64,000 nucleotides of DNA from Steroidobacteraceae bacterium (GTDB lineage: Bacteria > Pseudomonadota > Gammaproteobacteria > Steroidobacterales > Steroidobacteraceae). The notes under the pieces were generated by a model. It made no database searches. It saw only the letters and a list, made by a program, of their open reading frames with translations, and was not told the origin of the DNA. Shown piece by piece: positions 18,198-29,692 of this stretch (position 1 is the stretch's first letter; each line of letters begins with the position of its first letter). A program made the position numbers and the translations under genes. The DNA lies in NCBI GenBank assembly GCA_035624075.1, contig DASPSF010000007.1, positions 4,195 to 68,194 on the forward strand, in the 5' to 3' direction.

Positions 18198-19552
18198 GGC
18201 GCACGCTCGCGGAGTTTGCGCGCCTCGCCGGCGGCCGCCTCGCCGGGGCCGACCGCTCCTATACCAACGTGGTGAGCGATACGCGTGCGCTCAAAGCGGG
18301 CGAGCTGTTCATCGCGCTGCGCGGACCCAACTTCGACGGCAACGCATTCGTGGCGGCCGCGGCCGCCGCCGGCGCGGCCGGCGCGCTGGTGGAGCACGAG
18401 CAACCGGTGGCGCTCGCGCAGATCGTCGTTCCCGACACGCAGGCCGCGCTCGAGCGCGCCGCCCGTGCCTGGCGCGCGCAGTTCAGCGGCGCCCTGGTCG
18501 GCGTCGCCGGCAGCAACGGCAAGACCACCGCCAAGGAGATGACCGCGGCCATCCTTTCCGAGGCGGGCCCGTGTCTCGCTACCCGCGGTAACCTCAACAA
18601 TCACATCGGCGTGCCGCTGACGCTGTTGCGCCTGAGCGGCGCCGAGCGCTTCGCGGTGGTGGAGATGGGCGCCAACCGCGCCGGCGAGGTCGCGCACCTG
18701 GTCGATGTGGCGCGCCCGACCGTCGGCCTCATCACCAACGCCGGCGCCGAGCACCTCGAAGGCTTCGGCAGCCTCGAGGGGGTCGCGCGCGCCGAGGGCG
18801 AGATGATCGCGGGGCTCGATTCCTCGGCCACCGCGGTGATCAACGCCGACGATGAGTTCGCGGCCATGTGGCGCGGCTCGACCAAGGCACACGTCGTCAC
18901 CTTCGGCTCGGCCCAGCCCGCGGATTTCAGGGCAACAGCGATCGAGGCCTCGGTCGGCTCCGAGGGTTTCAGCACGCGCTTCAAGCTGACCGCGCCGCTC
19001 GGCGCCACCACCATTCGCCTCAACCTGGGTGGCGCCCACAACGTTGCCAATGCGCTCGCCGCGGCCGCCGCCGCAGCCAGCGCGGGAGCGGCGCTCGAGC
19101 ACATCGTCAGGGGGCTCGCCGCGGTGCGTGCCGTTCCGGGCCGGCTGCAATTCCGCCGCGCCCTCGGCGGCGGCTGGCTCATCGACGATTCCTACAATGC
19201 GAACCCGAGCTCGGTGCGCGCCGCCATCGAGGTGCTCGCGACGCTCCCCGGCCGCCGCTGGCTGGTATTGGGGGACATGGCCGAGCTCGGCGACTACGCG
19301 CTCGAGGAACACGTGCGTCTCGGGGAGTTCGCGCGCGCGCATGGTGTCGAGCGGCTCTATGCGACCGGTCCGCTCTCGGCGCGCGCGGCGCAGGCCTTCG
19401 GCGCCGGCGGGCAGTCGTTCGCCGACGTGCCCTCGCTCACCGAGGCGCTGCGCGCGGCGCTCGCGGATGCCGCGGACGATGTGCGCGTGCTGGTCAAGGG
19501 CTCGCGCTTCAACCGCCTCGAGCGGGTGGTCGAGGCCGTGGCAGGACACTGA
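18194..19552 (+). CDS. murF: UDP-N-acetylmuramoyl-tripeptide--D-alanyl-D-alanine ligase
   Basis: 452 aa with [18 protein letters not shown] overlap with murE. Confidence 0.92.
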   Translation: MRRTLAEFARLAGGRLAGADRSYTNVVSDTRALKAGELFIALRGPNFDGNAFVAAAAAAGAAGALVEHEQPVALAQIVVPDTQAALERAARAWRAQFSGALVGVAGSNGKTTAKEMTAAILSEAGPCLATRGNLNNHIGVPLTLLRLSGAERFAVVEMGANRAGEVAHLVDVARPTVGLITNAGAEHLEGFGSLEGVARAEGEMIAGLDSSATAVINADDEFAAMWRGSTKAHVVTFGSAQPADFRATAIEASVGSEGFSTRFKLTAPLGATTIRLNLGGAHNVANALAAAAAAASAGAALEHIVRGLAAVRAVPGRLQFRRALGGGWLIDDSYNANPSSVRAAIEVLATLPGRRWLVLGDMAELGDYALEEHVRLGEFARAHGVERLYATGPLSARAAQAFGAGGQSFADVPSLTEALRAALADAADDVRVLVKGSRFNRLERVVEAVAGH

Positions 19553-20637
19553 TGCTCTACTGGCTCACACAGCAGTTCGCAGGCCACGTCCCCGGCGCGC
19601 ACGTGTTTCAGTACCTGACTTTCCGCGGCATCCTCGCGACGGTCTCCGCGCTCGGGCTGTCGCTCGTCGTCGGGCCGACGCTCATTGCCCGGCTGGTGCG
19701 CGGGCAGATCGGCCAGGTAGTGCGGGACGACGGCCCACCGACGCATCTGCTCAAGGCCGGCACGCCGACCATGGGTGGCACGCTGATCCTCATCACGACC
19801 TTCGTGAGCACGCTGCTGTGGGCGGACCTTTCGAATCGTCTGGTGTGGACGGTGCTCGCCGTTACCTTCGCCTTCGGCCTGATCGGCTTCTACGACGATT
19901 ACCTGAAGCTCGTGGTGCGCAACCCCAAGGGCCTGGTGCCGCGCTGGAAGTACTTCTGGCAGTCGGTCGCCGGGCTCGCCACCGCCGCGGTTCTCTACTA
20001 CACCGCGACCGAGCCGTCCGAGACGACACTGTTCCTGCCGTTCTTCAAGACTTTCCACGCGCCGCTCACCGCCTTCGGCTTCATCGTGCTCGCCTATCTG
20101 ATGATCGTCGGCATGAGCAACGCGGTGAATCTGACCGACGGCCTCGACGGGCTCGCCATCATGCCGGCGGCGCTGGTGACCTCCGCGCTCGGCATCTTCG
20201 CCTACGCCAGCGGCAACGCCGTGTTCGCCCACTACCTGCAGATTCCCGAGATCCGCGGCGCGGGCGAGCTGCTGGTGTTCTGCGCCTCGCTCGCCGGGGC
20301 GGGGCTCGGCTTCCTGTGGTTCAACTCCTACCCGGCCCAGGTCTTCATGGGCGACGTGGGAGCGCTGGCGATCGGCGCGGCGATCGGAGTGCTCGCGGTG
20401 ATCGTGCGGCAGGAGCTGGTGGTGCTGTGGATGGGCGGGGTGTTCGTGCTCGAGACCGCCTCCGTGATCCTGCAGGTCGCCTCCTTCAAGCTGACGGGGC
20501 GGCGCATCTTCCGCATGGCGCCGATCCATCATCACTTCGAGCTCAAGGGCTGGGCGGAGCCGAAGGTGATCGTGCGCTTCTGGATCATCTCGCTGCTGCT
20601 GGTGCTCTCGGGGCTGGCGACGCTGAAGCTGCGATGA
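19552..20637 (+). CDS. mraY: phospho-N-acetylmuramoyl-pentapeptide-transferase
   Basis: Internal ATG at 19552 (TGATG junction with murF). MLYWLTQQF..., polytopic, [13 protein letters not shown] motif. Confidence 0.92.
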   Translation: MLYWLTQQFAGHVPGAHVFQYLTFRGILATVSALGLSLVVGPTLIARLVRGQIGQVVRDDGPPTHLLKAGTPTMGGTLILITTFVSTLLWADLSNRLVWTVLAVTFAFGLIGFYDDYLKLVVRNPKGLVPRWKYFWQSVAGLATAAVLYYTATEPSETTLFLPFFKTFHAPLTAFGFIVLAYLMIVGMSNAVNLTDGLDGLAIMPAALVTSALGIFAYASGNAVFAHYLQIPEIRGAGELLVFCASLAGAGLGFLWFNSYPAQVFMGDVGALAIGAAIGVLAVIVRQELVVLWMGGVFVLETASVILQVASFKLTGRRIFRMAPIHHHFELKGWAEPKVIVRFWIISLLLVLSGLATLKLR

Positions 20638-21974
20638 CCGGCCGCACCGACAAACGCCCCTATGCCGTGATCGTGGGACTCGGGCGCACCGGGCTGTCCG
20701 CGGTGCGTTACCTGAGCGCACGGGGCTGGAGACTGGCGGTTACCGACACTCGCGCGCAGCCGCCCGAGCTGGCGGCTCTCACGGCGCTCGATGCCAGCAT
20801 TCCGGTGCGTTTAGGCGCGCTCGATGCGGGGCTCCTCGATGAGGCGCTGTGCGTCGTCGCCTCGCCCGGAGTGCCGCTGACCTCACCGTTCTTCGAGGCG
20901 GCGCGCGCGCGCGGCCTCGAGATCGTCGGCGACATCGAGCTGTTTGCGCGCGCCGCGGATGCGCCGGTGGCCGGCATCACCGGCACCAACGGCAAGAGCA
21001 CGGTCACGACGCTGCTTGCGCGCATGGCGCAGCGCGCCGGACTTGCGGTGCGGGTGGGCGGAAACCTGGGCGAGCCGGCCCTCGACCTGCTGTCCCCCGG
21101 CACCGCGCTCTACGTGCTCGAGCTCTCGAGCTTTCAGCTCGAGACCACCACGCACCTCGCCTGCCGGACCGCCACCGTCCTGAACGTCACCGCCGACCAC
21201 CTCGACCGCTACGCCTCGATCGGCGCGTACGCCGCCGCCAAGGCACGCATCTTCGCCCGCTGCGACACCGCGGTGGTCAATCTCGATGATCCCCTGGTGA
21301 TGGCGATGCCGCGCACCGCACGCCGCACCTTGAGCTTCTCGCTGCGCGCGGCGGTGGGTGCCGACTACGCGCTGGCGATGCACGCTGGCGGCTGGTGGCT
21401 GACGCGTGGCACGGTGCCGCTGCTGCCGGTCGAGCGCTTGAGGATCAAGGGACTGCACAACGCGGCCAATGCGCTCGCCGCGCTCGCGCTCGGCGAGGCG
21501 CTCGACCTGCCGCTCGAGCCGATGCTGAAGGAGCTCGAGGAATTTCCGGGACTGCCGCACCGCTCGCAGTGGGTGGCGGAGGTGCGCGGCGTCACCTACA
21601 TCAATGACTCCAAGGGCACGAACGTCGGCGCGACGCTCGCCGCGGTCGGCGGGATGGCGGGGCCGCTCATCATGATCGCGGGCGGCGACGGCAAGAGCCA
21701 GGACTTCGCGCCGCTCGCCGCGGCGTTTCGCGGCAAGGTGCGCCACACGGTGCTGATCGGGCGCGATGCCGCGCGGATCGCCGCGGCGCTCGCGGGCGTG
21801 TGCACACTCGAGACCGCGGCGACCCTGCCGGAGGCGGTGCAGGCCGCGGCACGGGCGGCACGGCCGGGCGACACGGTGCTGCTCTCGCCGGCGTGCGCGA
21901 GCCTCGACATGTTCCGCGACTACACGCAGCGCGGCGCGGTGTTCACCGAAGCGGTCGGGGAGCTGGCGGCATGA
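20634..21974 (+). CDS. murD: UDP-N-acetylmuramoylalanine--D-glutamate ligase
   Basis: Internal ATG at 20634 (ATGA overlap with mraY), with [11 protein letters not shown]. Confidence 0.92.
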   Translation: MTGRTDKRPYAVIVGLGRTGLSAVRYLSARGWRLAVTDTRAQPPELAALTALDASIPVRLGALDAGLLDEALCVVASPGVPLTSPFFEAARARGLEIVGDIELFARAADAPVAGITGTNGKSTVTTLLARMAQRAGLAVRVGGNLGEPALDLLSPGTALYVLELSSFQLETTTHLACRTATVLNVTADHLDRYASIGAYAAAKARIFARCDTAVVNLDDPLVMAMPRTARRTLSFSLRAAVGADYALAMHAGGWWLTRGTVPLLPVERLRIKGLHNAANALAALALGEALDLPLEPMLKELEEFPGLPHRSQWVAEVRGVTYINDSKGTNVGATLAAVGGMAGPLIMIAGGDGKSQDFAPLAAAFRGKVRHTVLIGRDAARIAAALAGVCTLETAATLPEAVQAAARAARPGDTVLLSPACASLDMFRDYTQRGAVFTEAVGELAA

Positions 21975-23164
21975 GCGCGGTGATGCACGAGCCGCTCATG
22001 GGCTTCGCCCGCTCCGCGCACTCGCGCGGTGGGGTGCGGCTCGACTCGATCACCGTCGCCGTGACGCTGGCCCTCACGCTCCTCGGTCTGGTCATGGTGA
22101 CTTCTGCCTCCGTGTCGATCGCCGGCCAGGAGACCGGACAGCCGTTCTATTACCTCGAGCGGCAGCTGGCGCTGGTGGCGGTGGGGGCGGTGTGCGCGGC
22201 CCTGGTCTTCTCGCTGCGCACCGAGTGGCTCGAGCGCGTCTCCGTGCCGCTGCTCGCGCTGGCCTTCGTGCTGCTGCTCGTGGTGCTGGTGCCGGGCCTC
22301 GGGCACAGCGTGAACGGCAGCCGCCGCTGGCTGCGCTTCGCAGCGCTCAACTTTCAGGTCTCGGAGCTGGCGCGCGTGCTGGTGCTGGTGTACGTGGCGA
22401 GCTATGCCGTGCGGCGCGAGGAGCAGCTGCGCGGCAGCTTCACCGGGCTCGCCAAGCCGCTCGCGCTGCTCGCCCTCGCCGCGGCGCTGCTGGTGGTCGA
22501 GCCGGACTTCGGCGCCGCCACCGTGCTGTTCGCCGCCGGCTTTGGCCTCCTGTTCCTCGCGGGCGCGCGGCTGCGCTACGTGCTCGCCATGATGGCGCTC
22601 GCCTCGGGCGGCTTTGCGTTGCTCGCGCTCGGCTCGAGTTACCGGCTGCGCCGCCTCACCACTTTCCTCGATCCCTGGGCCGACCCTTACCACAGCGGCT
22701 TCCAGCTCACGCAGTCGCTGATTGCCATCGGGCGCGGCCAGTGGCTCGGCGTCGGCCTCGGCGAGAGCGTGCAGAAGCTCTTCTATCTCCCCGAAGCGCA
22801 CACCGACTTCCTGTTCGCGGTGCTCGCCGAGGAGCTCGGGCTCGCCGGCGTGGTGCTGACGCTGACGCTGTTTCTGGTCCTCATCTGGCGCGCCTTCCAC
22901 ATCGCGCGGCTCGCCTCCGACGCGGGTCTCAAGTTTCCCGCCTACCTCGCGGCGGGCTTCGGTCTCTGGGTCGGCATCCAGACCTTCATCAACATCGGCG
23001 TCAACATGGGGGTCCTGCCGACCAAGGGTCTGACGCTGCCCTTGATGAGCTACGGGCGCTCGAGCCTGGTGGTGACGCTCGCCTGGGTGGGCCTGCTGCT
23101 GCGGGTCTACCACGAGGCGAGCGCCGCCGGCCGCGGCTCGGCCACGGTGCGGGAGCGCACGTGA
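21971..23164 (+). CDS. ftsW: peptidoglycan glycosyltransferase FtsW (SEDS family)
   Basis: Internal ATG at 21971 (ATGA overlap with murD). 397 aa polytopic SEDS protein (FQVSELARVLVLVYVASY, PEAHTDFLFAV). Confidence 0.9.
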   Translation: MSAVMHEPLMGFARSAHSRGGVRLDSITVAVTLALTLLGLVMVTSASVSIAGQETGQPFYYLERQLALVAVGAVCAALVFSLRTEWLERVSVPLLALAFVLLLVVLVPGLGHSVNGSRRWLRFAALNFQVSELARVLVLVYVASYAVRREEQLRGSFTGLAKPLALLALAAALLVVEPDFGAATVLFAAGFGLLFLAGARLRYVLAMMALASGGFALLALGSSYRLRRLTTFLDPWADPYHSGFQLTQSLIAIGRGQWLGVGLGESVQKLFYLPEAHTDFLFAVLAEELGLAGVVLTLTLFLVLIWRAFHIARLASDAGLKFPAYLAAGFGLWVGIQTFINIGVNMGVLPTKGLTLPLMSYGRSSLVVTLAWVGLLLRVYHEASAAGRGSATVRERT

Positions 23165-24246
23165 GCCGCCCGATCCTCATCATGGCGGGCGGCACGGGCG
23201 GGCACGTGTTTCCGGCGCTGGCGCTGGCGCGGCTGCTGCGCGAGCGGGCCTTCGAGGTCGTGTGGCTCGGCACCGAGCGCGGACTCGAGGCGCGCCTCAT
23301 TCCGGCCGAGGGGATTCCGCTCGAGCGGCTGTCGGTCACGGGACTGCGCGGCAAGGGCGCGCTCGCCTGGCTCGCCGCCCCGTTCCGCCTGACGGTGGCG
23401 CTGCTGCAGGCTCTGGCCGTCATGCGGCGCCACCAGCCGCTGGTGGTCGTCGGCCTCGGCGGCTTCGTCAGTGGACCCGGCGGGATCGCCGCCTGGTTGA
23501 CGCGCCGGCCGCTCGTCATCCACGAGCAGAACGCCGTCGCCGGCTTCACCAACCGCATCCTCGCGCACCTGGCGCGCGTGGTGCTCGAGGCTTTTCCCGA
23601 CAGCTTCGGCCGCGACGTGCACGCCCGCCTGATCGGTAACCCGGTGCGGCGCGACATCAGTGCCGTGCCGCGTCCGCACGAACGGTTCGCAAACCGTGCG
23701 GGACCGATCCGCATCCTGGTGTTCGGCGGCAGTCAGGGGGCCGCGCGCTTGAACGCAGTGGTGCCCTTTGCGCTCGCGCGGCTCTCGGGAAGGATCGCCT
23801 TCGACGTGCGCCACCAGGCGGGCGAGCGCTGGCTCGAGGAAGGGCGCGCGAGCTACGCGCGCGCCGGCGTGCGCGCCGACGTGCGGCCCTTCATCGAGGA
23901 CATGGCCGAGGCCTACGGCTGGGCGGACCTGGTCATCTGCCGCGCCGGAGCGCTCACGGTCTCCGAGCTCGCGGCCGTCGGCATCGGCGCGGTGCTGGTG
24001 CCGTTTCCGGGTGCCGTGGACGATCACCAGGCGCACAACGCGCAGTACCTGGTGCGCGAGAACGCCGCCGTGGTGATTGCCGACCGGGAGCTCACGGCCG
24101 AGCGGCTCGCCGCCGAGCTCGAGCGGCTGTGCGCCGGGCGCGGGAAGCTGCTCGCGATGGCCGAGCGCGCCCGGCAGCTCGCGACGCCGCGCGCCGCCGA
24201 TGAGCTCGCCGAGTCGTGCCTGGCGCTCGCCGGCAGGGCGGCGTGA
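23161..24246 (+). CDS. murG: UDP-N-acetylglucosamine--N-acetylmuramyl-(pentapeptide) pyrophosphoryl-undecaprenol GlcNAc transferase
   Basis: GTG at 23161 (GTGA overlap with ftsW): [19 protein letters not shown]. Confidence 0.92.
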   Translation: MSRPILIMAGGTGGHVFPALALARLLRERAFEVVWLGTERGLEARLIPAEGIPLERLSVTGLRGKGALAWLAAPFRLTVALLQALAVMRRHQPLVVVGLGGFVSGPGGIAAWLTRRPLVIHEQNAVAGFTNRILAHLARVVLEAFPDSFGRDVHARLIGNPVRRDISAVPRPHERFANRAGPIRILVFGGSQGAARLNAVVPFALARLSGRIAFDVRHQAGERWLEEGRASYARAGVRADVRPFIEDMAEAYGWADLVICRAGALTVSELAAVGIGAVLVPFPGAVDDHQAHNAQYLVRENAAVVIADRELTAERLAAELERLCAGRGKLLAMAERARQLATPRAADELAESCLALAGRAA

Positions 24247-25727
24247 TGAAGGAACGGCGCACCACCCTCGAGCGTCCCGCCACCGAGCGGCGCCACAGTG
24301 CCGACCGGCGCGACCGCATGCGCCGCATCAACACCATTCACTTCGTCGGCATCGGCGGCAGCGGCATGAGCGGCATCGCCGAGGTGCTGCTGTCCCTCGG
24401 CTACGCGGTGCAGGGGTCGGATGCGCGTGCCAGCGCCGTGACGCAGCGGCTCGGCTCTCTCGGGGCGCGCATCATCATCGGACACGCTGCGGCCAACATC
24501 GGCGAGGCCGACGTGCTGGTGGCATCGAGCGCCGTACCCCGCGGCAACCCCGAGGTCCAGGCGGCGCTCGCGCGGCGCATTCCGGTGGTGTCGCGCGCCG
24601 AGATGCTCGCTGAGCTGATGCGCTTCCGCTACTCGATCGCGGTGGCCGGCACCCACGGCAAAACCACCACCACCAGCCTGCTGGCCAGCATCCTCTCCGA
24701 GGGCGGCGAGGATCCGACCTTCGTCATCGGCGGGAGACTGAAGAGCGCCGCCAGCGGCGCCCAGCTCGGCGCCGGGCGCTACCTGGTCGCCGAAGCCGAC
24801 GAGAGCGACGCCTCGTTCACGCATCTGCAGCCGCTGATCGCGATCGTCACCAACATCGACAACGATCACCTCGTCACCCACGGCGGCGACTTCGGTCTCC
24901 TCAAGCAGAGCTTCGTCGACTTCCTGCACAACCTGCCGTTCTACGGCCTCGCGGTGCTCGGCGTGGACGACCCCGAGGTGCGCAGCATCGTCGGCGAGGT
25001 CGGCCGCCCGGTACTCTCGTACGGCCTCGATGCGAGCGCCGACGTGCGCGGGGTGAACGTGGCTCCCTCAGGCTTGAGGACCCATTTCGAGGTGGCGCGC
25101 GGGGGCGGCACGCCGCTCGCCGTGACGCTCAACCTGCCGGGCACGCACAACGTGCGCAACGCGCTCGCCACCATTGCCGTGGCGACCGAGCTCGGCATCG
25201 AGGATGCCGCGATACAGCGCGCGCTCGAGGGTTTCCAGGGTGTCGACCGCCGCCTGCAGCACATCGGCGATGCCGACATCGCCGTCGGCCTCGTCACCAT
25301 CATCGATGACTACGGTCATCACCCCACCGAGGTGGCGGCGACGCTGGAGGCGGTGCGCCAGGGCTACCCGGGCAGGCGCGTCGTGCTCGTGTTCCAGCCG
25401 CACCGCTACACCCGCACCCGCGACCTCATCGACGACTTCGGCAAGGCGCTCGGCCTCGCCGACGTGCTGCTCGTGACCGAGGTGTATGCGGCCGGTGAGA
25501 CGCCGATCGCCGGCGCCGATGGCCGCGCCATCTGCCGCGCGGTGCGCGGCCGCGGCAAGCTCGAGCCGCTGTTCCTCGAGAAGGTCGAGGAGCTGCCCGA
25601 GGCGCTGCAGGGCCTCGTGCGGGGGGGCGACGTCATCGTCGCGATGGGCGCGGGCAGCATCAGCGCCGTGGCCCATCGCCTGCCGGCAGCGCTCGCCGCG
25701 CTGCTGCCGCCGCGAGGTGCGTCATGA
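24246..25727 (+). CDS. murC: UDP-N-acetylmuramate--L-alanine ligase
   Basis: ATG at 24246 (TGATG junction with murG): [30 protein letters not shown]. The N-terminal roughly 25 aa are basic and unusual, so the start is uncertain by a few codons. Confidence 0.9.
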   Translation: MKERRTTLERPATERRHSADRRDRMRRINTIHFVGIGGSGMSGIAEVLLSLGYAVQGSDARASAVTQRLGSLGARIIIGHAAANIGEADVLVASSAVPRGNPEVQAALARRIPVVSRAEMLAELMRFRYSIAVAGTHGKTTTTSLLASILSEGGEDPTFVIGGRLKSAASGAQLGAGRYLVAEADESDASFTHLQPLIAIVTNIDNDHLVTHGGDFGLLKQSFVDFLHNLPFYGLAVLGVDDPEVRSIVGEVGRPVLSYGLDASADVRGVNVAPSGLRTHFEVARGGGTPLAVTLNLPGTHNVRNALATIAVATELGIEDAAIQRALEGFQGVDRRLQHIGDADIAVGLVTIIDDYGHHPTEVAATLEAVRQGYPGRRVVLVFQPHRYTRTRDLIDDFGKALGLADVLLVTEVYAAGETPIAGADGRAICRAVRGRGKLEPLFLEKVEELPEALQGLVRGGDVIVAMGAGSISAVAHRLPAALAALLPPRGAS

Positions 25728-26617
25728 CCGTCGCGCTGGCCGCGGACTTCAGCACTCGCGTGCGCCGCCGCGAGCCCTTGAGCCGTCATACCTCCTGGCA
25801 CGTGGGCGGGCCCGCCGAGGTGTTCTTCAACCCGCGCGACCGGGCGGATCTCGCCGCGTTCCTGCGCGCCCTGCCGGGGGAGGCGCCGGTCTACTGGATC
25901 GGGCTCGGCAGCAACCTGCTGGTGCGCGACGGCGGTCTTCCCGGGGTCGTCATCTCGACGCACGGCACGCTCGACTCGCTCGAGCGTTTGAGCGAGACCA
26001 CGGTGCGCGCGGAAGCGGGCGTCGCCTGCGCGCGCATCGCGCGCCAATGCATCAAGTGGGGCTTAGGTCCCGCGGAGTTCTTCGCGGGCATCCCGGGGAC
26101 GCTCGGCGGCGCGCTGGCGATGAACGCCGGCGCCTTCGGCGGTGACACCTGGAGCCACGTGCTCAGGGTCGAGACCATCGACCGCCACGGCAGGGAGCGG
26201 GTGCGCGAGGCGGGCGAGTACCGGGTGGGCTACCGCTCGGTGACCGCGCCCGCGCCGCAGGAGTGGTTCGTCGGCGCCACGCTCAGCTTCGAGCACCGCC
26301 CCGGTGCCCACGAGGGCGAGGTGCGCTCGCTGCTTGCGCGGCGCAAGGAGTCGCAGCCGATCGGGGAGTGGAGCTGCGGCTCGGTGTTCACCAATCCGCC
26401 GGGAGATCACGCCGCGCGTCTCATCGAGGCCGCCGGCCTCAAGGGTTTTCGCATCGGCGACGCCTCGGTGTCGCAGAAGCACGCGAATTTCATCATCAAC
26501 CACGGCACGGCGCGCGCCGCCGACCTCGAGCGTCTCATCGAGCACGTGCGCTCGACGGTCGAGCGCGTGCACGGCGTGTCGCTGCACCCCGAGGTGCGGA
26601 TCGTGGGAGTGCCGTGA
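25724..26617 (+). CDS. murB: UDP-N-acetylenolpyruvoylglucosamine reductase
   Basis: 297 aa with an FAD-binding domain ([13 protein letters not shown]) and the C-terminal motif [16 protein letters not shown] overlap with murC. Confidence 0.9.
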   Translation: MTVALAADFSTRVRRREPLSRHTSWHVGGPAEVFFNPRDRADLAAFLRALPGEAPVYWIGLGSNLLVRDGGLPGVVISTHGTLDSLERLSETTVRAEAGVACARIARQCIKWGLGPAEFFAGIPGTLGGALAMNAGAFGGDTWSHVLRVETIDRHGRERVREAGEYRVGYRSVTAPAPQEWFVGATLSFEHRPGAHEGEVRSLLARRKESQPIGEWSCGSVFTNPPGDHAARLIEAAGLKGFRIGDASVSQKHANFIINHGTARAADLERLIEHVRSTVERVHGVSLHPEVRIVGVP

Positions 26618-26627
26618 GGATTTGCTC

Positions 26628-27617
26628 ATGCGCCTGACTTATCAACCCACGCTGCTCAAGCGCGTCAGCGACCCGAGGGAATTCGGCCGCGTGGCCGTCA
26701 CGCTGGGCGGTGACTCGAGCGAGCGCGAGATCTCGCTGCTCACCGGCAACGCGGTACTCGAGGCCCTGAAGCGCCGCGGCGTCGACGCCCACGCCTTCGA
26801 TCCGCGCGACGTTCCGCTCACCGAGCTCACGCAGCAACGCTTCGCCCGCGTGTGGATCGCGCTGCACGGCCCCGGGGGCGAGGACGGCACGCTGCAGGGC
26901 GCGCTCGAGTACCTGGGCGTTCCCTACACCGGCAGCGGCGTCATGGGCTCGGCCATCGGCATGGACAAGCTCCGTACCAAGCGCCTCGCCTCGAGCATCG
27001 GCGTGCCGACCGCGGATTTCGTGGTGCTGCGCGGGCCGCAGGACTTCGAGCTCACGCTCGAGCGCTTGAAGCTGCCGCTCATCGTCAAGCCTGCCACCCA
27101 GGGCTCGAGCGTCGGCATGACCAAGGTCGACCGTGCCGAGGATCTCCCGGCTGCATATGCGGCCGCGGCGGGTCTCGAGGCGGCGGTGTTCGCCGAGCCC
27201 TGGATCACGGGCGGCGAGTACACGGTGGCAATCCTGCAGGGTGCGGCACTGCCCTCGATCCGCATCCAGACCCCGCGCACCTTCTACGATTACGAGGCCA
27301 AGTATTTCCGCGACGACACCCGCTACTTCTGCCCCTCGGGCCTTTCCGCTCCCGCCGAAGCGCACCTGGCGCGCCTCGCGCTCGCCGCTTTCGAGGCCGC
27401 CGGCGCCTCGGGCTGGGGCCGCGCGGATTTCATGATGGACGGTGCGGGGCGTCCGCTGCTGCTCGAGATCAACACCATCCCGGGCATGACCAGCCACAGC
27501 CTGGTGCCGATGGCGGCGCGCGCGGTCGGCATCGACTTCGACGAGCTCGTCTGGCGCGTGCTCGAGACCAGCTTCACCCGGGCGCCGGCGCCGCCGCCCG
27601 CGGGCAGGGGGCCGTGA
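26628..27617 (+). CDS. ddl: D-alanine--D-alanine ligase
   Basis: Internal ATG at 26628. [17 protein letters not shown]-grasp, [15 protein letters not shown]. Confidence 0.9.
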   Translation: MRLTYQPTLLKRVSDPREFGRVAVTLGGDSSEREISLLTGNAVLEALKRRGVDAHAFDPRDVPLTELTQQRFARVWIALHGPGGEDGTLQGALEYLGVPYTGSGVMGSAIGMDKLRTKRLASSIGVPTADFVVLRGPQDFELTLERLKLPLIVKPATQGSSVGMTKVDRAEDLPAAYAAAAGLEAAVFAEPWITGGEYTVAILQGAALPSIRIQTPRTFYDYEAKYFRDDTRYFCPSGLSAPAEAHLARLALAAFEAAGASGWGRADFMMDGAGRPLLLEINTIPGMTSHSLVPMAARAVGIDFDELVWRVLETSFTRAPAPPPAGRGP

Positions 27618-27619
27618 GC

Positions 27620-28402
27620 ATGCTCCGGCGCACCAGGAACCGCCGCAAACCGGCCGCGCGCGCCTGGCGGCTGCCGGCGATCCGCTGGCGGCGGCTCGGT
27701 GCGCTGCTCGGCGCGCTCGCCGCGCTCGGCGCTGCCGCCGCCGCGCTCGCCCTGGCGCTCGACCAGCCGGTCGGCTCGGTGTCGGTCGAGGGAAGTTTCC
27801 AGCGCGTCTCACCCGTCGACGTCGAGCGCGTGGTGAAGAACGAGCTGCACGGCGCGGGCCTGCTGTCGGTGGACCTGGCGGCGATGCGGCGCGCCATCCA
27901 CACGCTGCCGTGGGTGGACGCGGTGAGCGTGCAGCGTGCCTGGCCGCGCGGACTCAACGTGCTGGTCATCGAGCAGACCGCCGCCGCGCGCTGGGGGGAG
28001 GCGGGTCTCGTCAACACCCGCGGCGAGCTGTTCGTAGCGGACTCGCGCCACATTCCGTCCGAGCTCGCCCAGCTCTCCGGTCCCGACGACCAGCAGCCGC
28101 AGGTGGCGCAGCGCTATCTGGCGGCCGCCGGCCGCCTCACCCAGGCGGGCCTGCGCATGACTGCGCTGCGGCTCGATGCGCGCGGTGCCTGGGAGTTCGA
28201 CCTCTCCAACGGCGTCACCGTGCGCTTAGGGCGCCATCAGGTGGACGAGCGCTTCGAGAAATTCATGAGCACCGCGCTGAAGCTCGTCACCGAGCGGGGC
28301 GAGGAAATCTCTTACGTCGACATGCGTTACACAAACGGTTTTGCCATCGGCTGGCGCGGCAGCGCCCACGCCGCTGGCAGGGAAGGTGGCCGCAATGCTT
28401 AA
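27620..28402 (+). CDS. ftsQ: cell division protein FtsQ
   Basis: Internal ATG at 27620 (alternative GTG at 27614). Basic N-terminus, one TM segment, POTRA-like VSVEGSFQRVSPVDVE. Confidence 0.85.
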   Translation: MLRRTRNRRKPAARAWRLPAIRWRRLGALLGALAALGAAAAALALALDQPVGSVSVEGSFQRVSPVDVERVVKNELHGAGLLSVDLAAMRRAIHTLPWVDAVSVQRAWPRGLNVLVIEQTAAARWGEAGLVNTRGELFVADSRHIPSELAQLSGPDDQQPQVAQRYLAAAGRLTQAGLRMTALRLDARGAWEFDLSNGVTVRLGRHQVDERFEKFMSTALKLVTERGEEISYVDMRYTNGFAIGWRGSAHAAGREGGRNA

Positions 28403-29630
28403 GCGCTCCGAACGCAACCTGATCGTCGGCCTCGACATCGGCACTTCCAAGGTCGTGTCGCTGGTCGGCGAGGCGGGCGCCGACGGCTCGATCGAGCTGC
28501 TCGGCGTCGGCTCGCAGCCCTCGCGCGGACTGAAGAAGGGTGTGGTGGTCAACATCGAGTCGACCGTGCAGTCGATCCAGCGCGCGGTCGAGGAGGCCGA
28601 GCTCATGGCCGGCTGCGAGATCCACTCGGTGTTCGCCGGCATCGCCGGCAGCCACGTACGCAGCTTGAATTCCCACGGGGTCGTGGGCGTGCGCGACAAG
28701 GAGGTGACGCACGGCGACGTCGAGCACGTGATCGACGCCGCCAAGGCGGTCGCCATCCCCGCCGACCAGAAGATCCTGCACGTGCTGCCGCAGGAATTCA
28801 TCGTCGACGGCCAGGAGGGCATCCGCGATCCGATCGGCATGTCGGGCGTGCGGCTCGAGGCCAAGGTGCACATCGTCACCGGGGCCGACTCGGCCGCGCA
28901 GAACATCGAGAAGTGCATCCAGCGCTGCGGGCTCGACGTCGACGACGTGGTGCTCGAGCAGCTGGCCTCGAGCTTCGCGGTGTTGACTGAGGACGAGAAG
29001 GAGCTCGGCGTGTGCCTGGTGGACATCGGCGGCGGCACCACCGACCTGGCGGTGTTTTCCAACGGCGCGATCCGCCACACCGCCGTGATCCCGATCGCCG
29101 GCGACCAGGTCACCAACGACATCGCGGTGTCGATGCGCACGCCCACCCAGTACGCCGAAGACATCAAGATCCGCTACGCCTGCGCGCTCTCGCAGCTCGC
29201 CAACCCCGACGAGAGCATCGAGGTGCCGAGCGTGGGCGAGCGCCCGGCGCGGCGCCTCGCCCGGCAGACGCTCGCGGAGATCGTCGAGCCGCGCTACGAG
29301 GAGCTGTTCGGGCTGGTGCACGAGGAGCTGCGGCGCTCAGGGTTCGAGGAGGTGATCGCCGCCGGCATCGTGCTCACCGGCGGCAGCGCGAAGATGGAAG
29401 GTTCGATCGAGCTCGCCGAGGAAGTGTTCCACGTGCCGGTGCGCTTGGGCGTTCCCCAGGCGATCGCCGGGCTCACCGACGTGGTGCGCAATCCGATCTT
29501 TTCCACGGGCGTGGGCCTGCTGCTCTACGCCCGCGACAACCTGCTGCCCGCACGCCGCGGGCACACGCTCGGCGCCAACGGCAAGTCGGTGCTCGAGCGC
29601 ATGCGTTCCTGGTTCCAGGGGAATTTCTGA
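28395..29630 (+). CDS. ftsA: cell division protein FtsA
   Basis: Internal ATG at 28395: LIVGLDIGTSKVVSLVGE. Actin-like ATPase with a C-terminal amphipathic helix (LERMRSWFQGNF). Confidence 0.92.
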   Translation: MLKRSERNLIVGLDIGTSKVVSLVGEAGADGSIELLGVGSQPSRGLKKGVVVNIESTVQSIQRAVEEAELMAGCEIHSVFAGIAGSHVRSLNSHGVVGVRDKEVTHGDVEHVIDAAKAVAIPADQKILHVLPQEFIVDGQEGIRDPIGMSGVRLEAKVHIVTGADSAAQNIEKCIQRCGLDVDDVVLEQLASSFAVLTEDEKELGVCLVDIGGGTTDLAVFSNGAIRHTAVIPIAGDQVTNDIAVSMRTPTQYAEDIKIRYACALSQLANPDESIEVPSVGERPARRLARQTLAEIVEPRYEELFGLVHEELRRSGFEEVIAAGIVLTGGSAKMEGSIELAEEVFHVPVRLGVPQAIAGLTDVVRNPIFSTGVGLLLYARDNLLPARRGHTLGANGKSVLERMRSWFQGNF

Positions 29631-29692
29631 AGCTGACAGACGCGACTGCCAAGACTCAACCAACTGCTTTATTCGTGTAAGGAGCGACAACA

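Noticed and set aside
19029-21974. 981-aa plus-strand ORF. Similar cases are 18868..20637 (589 aa) and 21766..24246 (826 aa).
   Set aside because: Only the C-terminal parts are real (murD, mraY and murG respectively). The N-terminal extensions are out-of-frame read-through of upstream genes (murF, mraY, murD, ftsW) that happen to lack stops. True starts were assigned at the overlap junctions.
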